Of a DNA stretch of 64,000 nt, positions 47,021-56,756 are shown piece after piece. The first letter of the stretch is position 1; each line of letters starts with the position of its first letter. A program made the translations under genes and the position numbers. The notes beneath the pieces were generated by a model, which worked only from the letters and a program-made list of their open reading frames with translations, made no database searches and was not told where the DNA came from. The stretch lies in contig OZ241889.1 in NCBI GenBank assembly GCA_965203355.1, forward strand, positions 1,856,001-1,920,000, written 5' to 3'. The stretch comes from Candidatus Latescibacterota bacterium (GTDB taxonomy: Bacteria > Latescibacterota > UBA2968 > UBA8231).

Positions 47021-47767
47021 ATGCAAAATATCCTCGTCACCGGGGCTACGGGTCTGATCGGCACGGCCGCTGTCGCCAGCCTACGCACTCGTTATACCGT
47101 ACGCGCCCTCAACCGTCGCCCGCTTCGGCACATCGACTGCCACCAAGCCGACATCGCCGATATCGACGCCATCCGCCCGGCCTTTGCCGGGATCGACGCG
47201 GTCGTCCATCTCGCCGCTCAGATCGACAACGATATGGCGGCGATTTTCCGCGCCAACTTGCAGGGGACCAGCAATGTCTTTGCCGCGGCCTGCGAGGCTG
47301 GGGTGCGCCGTGTGCTCTTCGCCAGCAGCGGGTCGGTCATGGGCGGCTATGCCGCGCGCTCCCCCTACCAGGAACTGCTGGCTGGCGAGTACGACCAAGT
47401 GCCCGCCGAGTGGCCGCTGCTGACCGCGCAGTCGCCCCTGCGGCCAACGGGCCTGTACGCGGCCAGCAAGGTCTGGGGCGAGGAGTTGGGCCGCGAGTAC
47501 GCTTTGGCCCATGGCCTGTCCGTCCTCTGTCTGCGCTTTGGCCGCGTCAACCCGGAAAACCGCCCGACCCATTCCCGCGAGTACTGCGTCTGGTGTAGCC
47601 AGCGCGACGCCGTGCAGATGATCGAAAAGTGCCTTGCCGCTCCCCTCGACTTATCCTTTGATACTTTCTTCGTCAACTCGGACAACAAATGGGGCTACCG
47701 CGACTTAGAACACGCGCGCCAAACGGTGGGCTTTGTGCCCGCGGACCGAGCCGAAGACTACCGCTGA
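47021..47767 (+). CDS. NAD-dependent epimerase/dehydratase (uronate-dehydrogenase-like SDR)
   Basis: VTGATGLIG, HLAA, FASS, YAASK, WCS.RD. Confidence 0.88.
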   Translation: MQNILVTGATGLIGTAAVASLRTRYTVRALNRRPLRHIDCHQADIADIDAIRPAFAGIDAVVHLAAQIDNDMAAIFRANLQGTSNVFAAACEAGVRRVLFASSGSVMGGYAARSPYQELLAGEYDQVPAEWPLLTAQSPLRPTGLYAASKVWGEELGREYALAHGLSVLCLRFGRVNPENRPTHSREYCVWCSQRDAVQMIEKCLAAPLDLSFDTFFVNSDNKWGYRDLEHARQTVGFVPADRAEDYR

Positions 47768-47778
47768 GGAGAAAATTC

Positions 47779-48600
47779 ATGCTGCTTTTTGCTCTGGGCG
47801 CGATTTGGTTTGCGGCCTCTGCCGCCTACGCGGACATGCCCATCAACGCCCCCTTGCTGGAGACGGCCCCGACCATTGACGGCGATCTCGCCGAGTGGAA
47901 GGACCGCGCCCACAACGACGGCGTCTGGGACATGCGCCGCATCAGCGAGGCTAGCTTCTACCGCCTCGATCGCGGTGCGCGCAACCGCCTCACCGATCAC
48001 GGGGGTGAGCCGCACCTCGAAGACGACTTGCGCGCCCGCTATTACATTGCTTGGGACGCGCAAAATTTCTACTTCGGGGCCGAGGTCTGGGACAATGTCA
48101 ACGACCTCGACGACCCCGAGCCGGCGGACAAACGCTGGTATTTCAAGGATGCGATTTGCTGGTTTATGGAAGGCCCGCGCGACCGAGCCAATGAGCGTTT
48201 TGGCCAAGGCGACAACGCCTTCTGCTTTGTGGCCGACCCGCAGCGCACGCCGCAGAACGCTTGGTGGCGGCACGGTGCGCCCGGCCGGAGCTACATTGAA
48301 GAGCCGATCCCCGAGGCCGCTTGCGACTACGTCGTGCGCCTGGATCCTTGGGGACGGAGCGCGGCTGATTTCATTTTGGAGGCCCGCGTGGATATGCACG
48401 CGACTTTTGCTCAGAGTGACCCCCGCTGGCAGCCGCCGCAAGTGGGCGACGAATACAGCATGGAAATCGTCCACACCGACCCAGACGGCGGCGCGTACGG
48501 CGGGCACTTCATGATTTACGGCAACGGCGACGACGACAACACGTGGGGCCGGATGATTTTGGTCGGTCCGCGAATGCCGATTGGGCGGCGCGCCGAGTAG
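47779..48600 (+). CDS. Secreted CBM9-like sugar-binding-domain protein
   Basis: Signal peptide AYA-D; PTIDGDLAEW; AWD..NFYFGAEVWD; GAGGAG RBS. Confidence 0.65.
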   Translation: MLLFALGAIWFAASAAYADMPINAPLLETAPTIDGDLAEWKDRAHNDGVWDMRRISEASFYRLDRGARNRLTDHGGEPHLEDDLRARYYIAWDAQNFYFGAEVWDNVNDLDDPEPADKRWYFKDAICWFMEGPRDRANERFGQGDNAFCFVADPQRTPQNAWWRHGAPGRSYIEEPIPEAACDYVVRLDPWGRSAADFILEARVDMHATFAQSDPRWQPPQVGDEYSMEIVHTDPDGGAYGGHFMIYGNGDDDNTWGRMILVGPRMPIGRRAE

Positions 48601-48668
48601 GCGAGATTTTGGCCGCAGGTCGATGCTGATTTTTTGCACCTCTTGATTAAGGAAAAGGAGTTTCCGCC

Positions 48669-49166
48669 ATGAAAATGAAGCATATCGCCTCGTTGCCGCT
48701 GGCTGTCGTCTTTGCCGGGTTGCTCGTTCCAGACGCATCCCTTGCCTGTAGCTGTGAAACGCTGGAATCCGCGCTGGAAGCGTTGGCGTATCACGATGCT
48801 GTATTCACCGGGAGGGTCGTGGAGGTCGCAGAAGCCCCGGAAGATGATTTGTATGTTTTGTTCAAACTATCCGCCGTGTGGAAGGGAGAGCTTCGAGAGG
48901 ATGTTGCCATCCGAACCTACCGAGACGAAGCCGGCTGCGGCTACTACTTTGAGGTGGGTGGCGAGTACCTCGTGTACTCTTCCCTCCACAAGGGCACGCT
49001 CTACACGTCAATCTGTACTCGCACGAATCGTCTCGCCGCGGCAACCGACGACGTAGAGCAACTTGGGGAGCCCATGTTCCGCAGGGTTGCGACCTCGGTT
49101 GACCGCATGAGTTGGGGAGGCGTAAAACGGGGTCTCCTCTTGGCAACCCTGAAGGTCTTAAAGTAG
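48669..49166 (+). CDS. Secreted TIMP/NTR-like protein with C-terminal SWGxVK motif
   Basis: Signal peptide then A-CSC; AVFTGRV; VWKG; CGYYF.VGGEYLVY; SICTRT. Confidence 0.75.
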   Translation: MKMKHIASLPLAVVFAGLLVPDASLACSCETLESALEALAYHDAVFTGRVVEVAEAPEDDLYVLFKLSAVWKGELREDVAIRTYRDEAGCGYYFEVGGEYLVYSSLHKGTLYTSICTRTNRLAAATDDVEQLGEPMFRRVATSVDRMSWGGVKRGLLLATLKVLK

Positions 49167-49610
49167 ATTTCGAATTGTTTTGAGTCGGCCAGCAGGATGC
49201 CCTAATCACAAGGAGCATGGGCAAGCCTAAGCCAAGAAAATTGCGGCGAGACTAACTTGGTGCGCCCGTGCTGCAAAGGAACGCGCCCGCAGGTGAAGTT
49301 CGTCGCGCTAAGGCAGGGCAATAGAAGACGATATTGATGCGGACGAGACGATTCACTGTGCGCGCTAGTGTGAGTGTTGGACAGCTTTTGCGATTATAGT
49401 CGGACAGCGTGCGTCAAAGTGCTGGGCCAGCGCCCATTTATCTTTGAGGACAAAGCACTCTTGGCTAACACGTCTGCACAACTACCAGCACGAGAAAGGG
49501 CGAAAAGGCCGGTGCTTCTAACGCTTGGTTGTTTGCCATGCGACCGATGCCGAAAGAGTCGCGTTCTACGCGCGCTCGCGTTTCAAAGGCTTATTCGTTG
49601 GTGTGGGTGT

Positions 49611-49871
49611 TCATGGAAGAGGCACTCTTTTCTTTTTCGGCTCGTGAGCAACACCGAGCAAGCCGTCAATAGACAGGTCTTCGTCGAGCAGAGGCCAGTG
49701 AATACCGTAGCCCGAAGGAGAGATTTCAAAGCGGTTTTTTTCTTTTTTTGCCGCGTTTTGCAGGACGGGGGATATTTCACTCACTCGAAAGGTTTTTTCT
49801 CGGCCATTGATAGTCAGAATCATGCAATCTCCGTCGAAGTGCAGTCCGGTCACTTGATAATGTTTTTTCAT
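49611..49871 (-). CDS. DUF2442-domain protein (TA-associated)
   Basis: SPVLQNA......FEISPSGYGIHWPLLDEDLSIDGLLG. Confidence 0.88.
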   Translation of the reverse strand: MKKHYQVTGLHFDGDCMILTINGREKTFRVSEISPVLQNAAKKEKNRFEISPSGYGIHWPLLDEDLSIDGLLGVAHEPKKKRVPLP

Positions 49872-50053
49872 TACTGACGCCTCCGCTGAAATTCTTCCCA
49901 TTGCTGTTCAAAAATTACCTTCTTGATTTCTCGTCTATCCCGTGGAGACACATTATAAGCGTAGGCTTCTTCGAGATCAAAATTTTCCCGATCAAGCCAG
50001 TACTTACATTCCCTCTCCCCCTTTTGACAGTGAATATGAATGGGTTCATTCAC
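49871..50053 (-). pseudogene. N-terminally truncated DUF4160-domain protein
   Basis: NEPIHIHC.KG..ECKYWL is present but the usual MPT...FFFY N-terminus is absent; coupled to DUF2442. Confidence 0.7.
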
Positions 50054-50140
50054 AAATTCTTTCGTCGCTAGGCTGGCTCGACAGACCGCCTTGGGAGGGC
50101 GATATTGAGCGCGCCCCCTCTTTTTTTAAGGAGTAACAGT

Positions 50141-51748
50141 ATGAGTAAGGTAGAAAAGATCGGCTGGCACGCCGAGAGCAAAACCGGCGTCATCGCCGCT
50201 GGCGGTGCCGGTGCCGTGGCCGCTGGCCTTGAAATCCTCGGCGCGGGCGGCAATGCGGCCGATGCGGCCGCCGCCGCGATTTTCGCGCTCAACGTCACCG
50301 ATCACGGAGCCTGTTCTATCGGCGGGGAAGTGCCGGTGCTCGTCTGGGACGGCAAGGCCGTTAAGTCGCTGTCCGGCCAAGGGCGTGCGCCGCTGTCGCC
50401 GGAGGCCATTGCTTGGTACATGGAACGCGGCATCCCGGACCACGACATCAAGATGGCTCCGGTGCCCTCGGTCGTGGATTTGTGCATGACCCTTTTGCAG
50501 CAATACGGTACGCAGAGCTTTGCCGCGATTGTCGCGCCGACCTTGGCCTTGCTCGACAAAGGCGAGGAGGCGTGGCATCCAGACCTGGCGCGGACGCTGC
50601 GGCGCATGGTGGCGGAGGAACACCGCGCCACCGGCAATCGCCAAGAGAAGCTGCAAGCGGCTTGCGATCACTTCTATGGTCGCCGCGCCGAGCAGGGCGA
50701 TATAGCCGAGGACTTAGAGGCATTTTACCTAGAGCAGGGCGGGTTCTTGCGCCGCGCGGATCTGGCTGCCCATAGGACTTTGATCGAGGAGCCGGTGGTC
50801 GTTGATTACCGGGGCTACCAAGTGTACAAGTGCGGCCCGTGGACCCAAGGCCCTTATCTGTGCCAAGCCTTGCGCCTGCTCGAAGGGTTTGATCTCAAAA
50901 GCATGGGGCATGGCTCGGCCGACTACATCCACGCGGTCACCGAAGCGATGAAACTGGCCATGGCCGACCGCGACGCGCACTACGGCGACCCCTTGTTCGT
51001 GGATGTGCCGATGAACGCTTTGCTGTCCGATCAATATACCCAACTCCGGCGGCCCCTGATCGACATGGAGCAAGCCGCGCTAGACGCCCGCCCCGGCGAC
51101 CCGCACGGCATGAAGGTGGTGCAGGAAGGGGGGGCGTTTCGGCCCGGCGTCGGCGGCACCACCACGTGCGTGGTGGCCGACCGCTGGGGCATGGTCGTAT
51201 CGGCCACGCCGAGCGCGAATGTCTATCACGCTGGCGGCACCGGCCGTACGGGCGTCTCGTATGGCAACCGGTTGCGCAGCCTCAACACGACGCCCGGACA
51301 CCCCAATTGTATCGCGCCGGGCAAGCGACCCCGCATCACCCTGACCCCTACGCTGGTGCTCGAGGATGGCGCGCCCGTGTTGGCCATCAGCGTGGCGGGC
51401 GGCGACTTGCAAGATCAGGCGACTTTGAACCTGTTGCTCGACTTTGTGGAGTTTGGGATGCGGCCAGCCGAAGCGGTCGTTGCGCCGCGCTTTGCCACGG
51501 ACCACTACGAGGACTCGTTTGATCCCAATCCAGTGCGCGCGCAGACGTTTGTACAGGCATGCTCGCTGGCCATCAGCTCGGCTGTCGATGCAGAGGTCCG
51601 CGACGAACTGGCGCGGCGCGGCCATCAGGTCGAGGCCCGCAACGGCCCCATTGCCGCTCCGGTCATGCTGTGGGCCGACGCGGGCGCGTACTACGCGGCG
51701 GGCGATCCAGCGGCGGGTCGCCACGCGGCCGGGTTGGATGGGGACTAG
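50141..51748 (+). CDS. ggt: Gamma-glutamyltransferase family Ntn-hydrolase (cytoplasmic)
   Basis: GGNAADAA, SIGGE, ADRD..YGDP, catalytic Thr in GTTTCVVAD, PGKRP..TLTP, GGDLQDQ; AAGGAG RBS. Confidence 0.9.
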   Translation: MSKVEKIGWHAESKTGVIAAGGAGAVAAGLEILGAGGNAADAAAAAIFALNVTDHGACSIGGEVPVLVWDGKAVKSLSGQGRAPLSPEAIAWYMERGIPDHDIKMAPVPSVVDLCMTLLQQYGTQSFAAIVAPTLALLDKGEEAWHPDLARTLRRMVAEEHRATGNRQEKLQAACDHFYGRRAEQGDIAEDLEAFYLEQGGFLRRADLAAHRTLIEEPVVVDYRGYQVYKCGPWTQGPYLCQALRLLEGFDLKSMGHGSADYIHAVTEAMKLAMADRDAHYGDPLFVDVPMNALLSDQYTQLRRPLIDMEQAALDARPGDPHGMKVVQEGGAFRPGVGGTTTCVVADRWGMVVSATPSANVYHAGGTGRTGVSYGNRLRSLNTTPGHPNCIAPGKRPRITLTPTLVLEDGAPVLAISVAGGDLQDQATLNLLLDFVEFGMRPAEAVVAPRFATDHYEDSFDPNPVRAQTFVQACSLAISSAVDAEVRDELARRGHQVEARNGPIAAPVMLWADAGAYYAAGDPAAGRHAAGLDGD

Positions 51749-51833
51749 CGCGCCGGCATTGCGGATGCGCTGGGCTGGGGCCATATTGTCCGCGTTTGCA
51801 TCCCGCTAGCATCGCTTCTGAAGTTGGTTTTTG

Positions 51834-53819
51834 ATGACGTCCCCGACATATCGAGAAGAGCCTGTTTGCCCAGGCGTGGCCAGCGGCCTCACGCTCCGCT
51901 CCTTGGTGCTCGGCGTCGTCCAAGTCCTCGTGGTGTGTTTGGGCGCGCCCTACGCCATTTGGGTCTTGGGGTCATCCGAGATCACCTGGTCGTTCTTTCC
52001 GATTGCCGTCGGCTTTTCGTTCTGCTGCCTCATTCTGCTCAACATCCTACTTAAGACGATCAACCCGGGCTGGGCTTTGCGGCCGGCCGAGATGATCACG
52101 GTAGTAGTCATGGGCTTGGTGACCACCGGCATCCCCATCTTCATGATGGGCTATGTGCTGTCGATCCCCACCACGCCCTATTACTTTGCCTCGGCTGAAA
52201 ACCAGTGGGGCACGTATGTGTTGCCCTATCTGCCGACGTGGCTGGTGCCGAGCAACGATGGTTTGGCCATGACGTGGTTTTTCGAGGGGTTGCCACTCGG
52301 CGAGCCCATGCCTTGGGGCACTCTGCTCGATGCGTGGGCCATGCCGCTGTTTTGGTGGCTGAGCTTTGTCTGGACTTTGTACGCGGTTTGTTTTTGCCTC
52401 GTCGTCATTTTGCGCAAGCAGTGGGTCGAGCGCGAGCGGTTGGCCTATCCGCTGATGGAGGTGCCGCAAGCCCTCGTCGCAGATGCCGATGGCCCGGCGC
52501 GCGTACCGGCTGTCTTGCGGAATAAGGTCTTTTGGCTGGGCGCGGCGATCCCCCTGTGCATTGTCTTGTGGAACATCGTCGGCTTTTTCTTTCACTTCTT
52601 TCCCAAGATCGAATGGCACCATCCCATCCAAATCGCGCACGGCTTTCCCACCATCAACATCCGCTTCTACTTCCCGGTGGTGGGCTTCATGTATTTCGCC
52701 AATCTCAATGTGACCTTTAGCATCTGGTTTTTCTATTTGTTGCTGCTGGTCGAAGAGGGCCTGTTCAACCGCTTTGGCGTTGGCGTGACCGAAGCCGACA
52801 ACTTCGTGTGGGGCTTGCCTTCGACGTCTTGGCAGTGCTGGGGGGCGTTTGTGGTGCTGGTGTTGTGGGGCTTGTGGATGGCGCGGGATCACCTGAAAGA
52901 CGTGGCGCGCAAAGCGTGGAATCCCGCGCATCCGGTTGACGACAGCCGCGAGCTGATGTCCTATCGCAGCGCGGTCGTCGGCCTGTTGGTCGGGGTCGTC
53001 TATATGCTGGCGTGGCTGAACAAGGCCGGCATGGAAATAGCGGTGGCGGCGTTTTTCTTGGGCGGTGTGCTCATCGCCTATTTGGGTATCACCCGCTTGG
53101 TGGTGCAGGCCGGCGTCTTTTACCTGACCACGCCGGTGGTCAGCCAAGCTATGACCATGATGACCTTTGGCACGAGTGCGATTTCGCCGACGGGCTTGGT
53201 GGCCTTGGGGCTGAGCTATGGGTTCTTCAGCGACGTGCAGTCGATTTTTATGCCGTCGGCGGCCCATGCCACCCGGCTACACGACGCGATGCGCATGAGC
53301 CGTCGCGGCCTGTGCTTGGCTATTGCACTGGCCCTGTTGGTCGGATTTGTCGCCGCTATTGTGTACGTCATTACCATGGCCTACGAGCAGGGAGCCTCCA
53401 ACTTCAACTCTTGGTTTTTCCGCGTCTCCTCAGGCGCGGGCGTGCGCTCCTTTGAAGACGCGATGAGCAAGATAAAAACGCCGGCCGATTTTCACGCGCA
53501 GAAGTTGGGCTTCTTCGGCCTGGGCGCGGCGGCGATGTCCGTTTTGACGTTTATGCAGTATCGCTTTCCGTGGTGGCCCCTGCACCCGGTGGGTTTGGCC
53601 ATTTCCGCGATCTGGATGGTGCGCAATCAAGCACCGGCGATTTTTGTGTCTTGGGCGGCCAAGAGCCTGATCATGCGCTTTGGCGGCATTGAGCTATACC
53701 GCAAGGCCGCGCCGTTTTTCATCGGCCTGATTCTCGGGCACTTCTTCGGGGTGGGAATCTCGTTTATCGTCGATATGATTTTCTTCCCCGGCAACGGCCA
53801 TCCCATCCTGCACGGCTGA
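51834..53819 (+). CDS. DUF6785/DUF6784-like polytopic membrane protein (putative peptide/OPT-like transporter)
   Basis: More than 15 hydrophobic segments; LRKQW...ERL.YPL, WWPLHPVG, GG..LYRKA.PFF.GLILG. Confidence 0.7.
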   Translation: MTSPTYREEPVCPGVASGLTLRSLVLGVVQVLVVCLGAPYAIWVLGSSEITWSFFPIAVGFSFCCLILLNILLKTINPGWALRPAEMITVVVMGLVTTGIPIFMMGYVLSIPTTPYYFASAENQWGTYVLPYLPTWLVPSNDGLAMTWFFEGLPLGEPMPWGTLLDAWAMPLFWWLSFVWTLYAVCFCLVVILRKQWVERERLAYPLMEVPQALVADADGPARVPAVLRNKVFWLGAAIPLCIVLWNIVGFFFHFFPKIEWHHPIQIAHGFPTINIRFYFPVVGFMYFANLNVTFSIWFFYLLLLVEEGLFNRFGVGVTEADNFVWGLPSTSWQCWGAFVVLVLWGLWMARDHLKDVARKAWNPAHPVDDSRELMSYRSAVVGLLVGVVYMLAWLNKAGMEIAVAAFFLGGVLIAYLGITRLVVQAGVFYLTTPVVSQAMTMMTFGTSAISPTGLVALGLSYGFFSDVQSIFMPSAAHATRLHDAMRMSRRGLCLAIALALLVGFVAAIVYVITMAYEQGASNFNSWFFRVSSGAGVRSFEDAMSKIKTPADFHAQKLGFFGLGAAAMSVLTFMQYRFPWWPLHPVGLAISAIWMVRNQAPAIFVSWAAKSLIMRFGGIELYRKAAPFFIGLILGHFFGVGISFIVDMIFFPGNGHPILHG

Positions 53820-54009
53820 CGCGGCGTTGTCAGTCAGCAACCTCCGAATTGGGCTATATATGGGCTGTATAACCAAATAACTCAGGGTGTTCGCATCTTG
53901 CATTCTTAGGGCATGGAGGCAAGCGAAGAAGATTGGGAACCGCAGCGGGACGTTAAACGTTTTGCCTTGTAGCTGATGCCCAGCTATCTAAGGAAAGGAA
54001 GAAGATGCG

Positions 54010-56676
54010 ATGAAAAGTCAATGGTTTTTGCTCAGCGCCGCAGGTCCCGTACTTGCGGCATTTTTCTGGATCGTCGGCCCGGCGTTTGGCCAAGCATCCG
54101 ATGCCCGCGACCCCTACTTTGCCCGCGACCGCGTGCTCGATGTGGCCATTGAGATGGCGGCTGAGGATTGGGATCGCCTGCGCGCCCAGACGCGGACCTA
54201 CACGGGCATATTCGGTGGAGCCGACTGCCTCGACAGCCCCCCCAAGGACGTGTTCTCTTGGTTTGAGGCGACGGTAACGGTGGATGGCGCAAGCCACACC
54301 CAAGTTGGCGTCCGCAAGAAAGGGTTCTACGGGTCGCTGAGCAAAGTCAAGCCCTCGCTCAAGGTCCGCTTCGACAAGTTCGTCGATGGCCAGCTCCTCG
54401 GCGGCGTGATGAAGCGCCTGACCCTGAACAATGCCGTGCAAGACCTGTCCATGATCAATACCTGCATGGCCTACCACGTCTTTGCCGCGGCCGGCCTGCC
54501 GACGCCGCGCTGCAACTTTGCTACTGTGGCGGTGAACGGCGAAAACCTGGGCTTATACGTGCATGTGGAGAGCATGAAAACCGCGTTTTTAGAACGCAAT
54601 TTCTCCGATTCAAGCGGCAATTTCTACGAAGGCACCTTCAGCGATTTCCGGCCCGAGTGGCGCGGTTCTTTAGAAAAGAAAAACAACGAGGCGGCCGCAG
54701 ACTGGTCGGATATCGACGCGGTCGTCGCCGCGCTGCAAGACTCTTCCCCGGCCGGGCTTGAAGCCCTCGCCGAGATCGTCGACCTCGACCGCTTCCTCAC
54801 CTTCTGGGCAACCGAAGTGCTCATCGGGCATTGGGATGGGTATGCCGGCCACCTCAATAACTTCTACATCTACCGCGAGCCGGGCGAGCCGTTTGTGTTC
54901 ATGCCTTGGGGTGCCGATTCAGGGTTTGCGTCGTTAGATACCCCCGAAGACGACTTTGAGTCGCCGGTCTCGGTGCTGGCCAACGGGGCCATCGCGCATC
55001 GCCTGTACCACGACGACGCCATGCGCGCCGCCTATGTAGGCCGCCTCAAGCACCTGCTCGACGCGGTCTGGAACGAAGCAGTGCTATTGCAACGAGTCGA
55101 CGAAATGGCCGCTCTGGTCCAAGAACATGCGCTGGCCGAAAGTCGCGCCGATGCCGCCAGAGACGCAGACCGGGTGCGCCGCTTCATCCGCGAGCAGCGG
55201 GCCGAGATCCTCGCTGAACTCGACCCAGAGCCGCCGGAGTGGCCTTGGTCGCCGCAGTCTAAGGCCGACATGTGTATGCCGGAAAGAGGCTCTTTTGATC
55301 TGGTCTTTGAGACGACTTGGGGGTCGAGTGACAGCGAGGATCCACTCGCGAAAGGGACCGTCGCGTTTACCCATTATCGGTTGGACGGCAAAGAGCAGCG
55401 CTTTGAGCACTCGGGGGCCACGGCCGGAATCGACAGAAATAGGGCAGCAAGCTGGGATGAAGGGTTGGGTGCGCTCGACGCGGCCGGCGATGGCCTCGTC
55501 GACCAAGAAGACTACGATGCAGCCCTGGCCCGAGGCATTGAAGACCTGCCGCGGTGGGAGGACCTGCTCACCTTAGATACCAACGGCGACGATGCCATAG
55601 ATCGGGAAGAGTTTGAAGCGGTCGTGGGCGTGGGAAGCGCGGAAGCGGGAGAAGAAGGCCAGGCGTCCATAACCATCTCCAGCGCCAGCGATGGGCCGGA
55701 CTCTTCCACTTACGTACTGAATGCGACGATGCCAATACATGCAATAGTCAGCGACACCACCTTGGCTTTCGAGTTGGATGCGCTCAATGGCTATTACTTT
55801 GCCACGGCCACGGACCAGTTTGGTCTAATCGGCCAAGGAGGGATTGAGTTCGACGCGGCCAGCACCGAACCGGGGGGGAAAATCTCGGGCCGGCTCTATG
55901 GCACTATATTCGGCCATGGCGGAGGCGTGGCTCCAGCCGCTGAAGACGACAAAGAGTCGGCAAAAACCGAACTGGTTATCAACGAGGTCGCCGCGCAAGG
56001 CGATCCTCTCGACTGGTTTGAACTCTACAATGCCTCGGCTAGCCCGATAGATCTGGCCGACTTTGTGCTGGCCGACGATCTGACGGACGCCGACAAGCGC
56101 GTTCCTTTTCCGGCCGGCACGGTCATCGCAGCGGGTGCATTTTTGCAGATTCAGCTCGACAAAGAAGAGTGGCCCGGCTTTGCCCTGGGCCGCGACGAAG
56201 AGCTGGGCATTTGGACGGCCGATGGCCGGTTGATGGCCCAGATCGACTGGGACAAGGGACAGGCCGACGAGGGAACGAGCTGGGCGCGCATACCGGACAT
56301 CACGGGCGATTTTCAGACCGTAAGCCCGCCTACGCCGGGTGCGCGCAACCAGATCGAGACAGCGGTCGCCGAGCAGGCCGCCGGCGCGCCCGAGGCGTTT
56401 CGGCTGCGCGGCAACTGGCCCAACCCATTCAACGCCAACACGATCATTGCCTTTGACTTGCCGCAGACCGCCCCGGTGTATCTGGTGGTGTACGACGTGC
56501 TCGGCCGCCGCGTTTGCGCCCTGCACCGCGGGAATGCGCTGTCGGCCGGCCACCATCGCACCGCTTGGAATGGCCGCGACGATGAGGGCCGCCCCGTTGC
56601 CAGCGGTGTGTATCTGTACCAACTCGCGGTTGGGGGCGGCTTTACCGCGGTGGGACGGATGGCCTTGATACGGTAA
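54010..56676 (+). CDS. Secreted CotH-kinase-family protein with EF-hand-like insert, lamin-tail domain and T9SS type A/FlgD-Ig C-terminal domain
   Basis: VGVRKKG, KPSLKVRFDKF, GLYVHVE, HWDGY...NNFYIY, MPWGAD (CotH); VINEV...DWFELYN (LTD); NWPNPFN...YDVLGR...WNGRD..G..VASGVYLY. Confidence 0.88.
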   Translation: MKSQWFLLSAAGPVLAAFFWIVGPAFGQASDARDPYFARDRVLDVAIEMAAEDWDRLRAQTRTYTGIFGGADCLDSPPKDVFSWFEATVTVDGASHTQVGVRKKGFYGSLSKVKPSLKVRFDKFVDGQLLGGVMKRLTLNNAVQDLSMINTCMAYHVFAAAGLPTPRCNFATVAVNGENLGLYVHVESMKTAFLERNFSDSSGNFYEGTFSDFRPEWRGSLEKKNNEAAADWSDIDAVVAALQDSSPAGLEALAEIVDLDRFLTFWATEVLIGHWDGYAGHLNNFYIYREPGEPFVFMPWGADSGFASLDTPEDDFESPVSVLANGAIAHRLYHDDAMRAAYVGRLKHLLDAVWNEAVLLQRVDEMAALVQEHALAESRADAARDADRVRRFIREQRAEILAELDPEPPEWPWSPQSKADMCMPERGSFDLVFETTWGSSDSEDPLAKGTVAFTHYRLDGKEQRFEHSGATAGIDRNRAASWDEGLGALDAAGDGLVDQEDYDAALARGIEDLPRWEDLLTLDTNGDDAIDREEFEAVVGVGSAEAGEEGQASITISSASDGPDSSTYVLNATMPIHAIVSDTTLAFELDALNGYYFATATDQFGLIGQGGIEFDAASTEPGGKISGRLYGTIFGHGGGVAPAAEDDKESAKTELVINEVAAQGDPLDWFELYNASASPIDLADFVLADDLTDADKRVPFPAGTVIAAGAFLQIQLDKEEWPGFALGRDEELGIWTADGRLMAQIDWDKGQADEGTSWARIPDITGDFQTVSPPTPGARNQIETAVAEQAAGAPEAFRLRGNWPNPFNANTIIAFDLPQTAPVYLVVYDVLGRRVCALHRGNALSAGHHRTAWNGRDDEGRPVASGVYLYQLAVGGGFTAVGRMALIR

Positions 56677-56756
56677 GATCGCCGCTCCTCGTCGATGCGG
56701 TAACAAATAGCCTGGGCGCTGGTGTTCAAATTGGTAACTCAATAGCTTCTAAAGCT

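Noticed and set aside
49374-49877. 167-aa plus-strand ORF
   Set aside because: Antisense to the clear DUF2442 gene, with no motifs.
52047-53267. 406-aa antisense ORF, and many similar long overlapping ORFs in the track
   Set aside because: These are shadows of GC-rich genes with clear family motifs on the other strand or frame.
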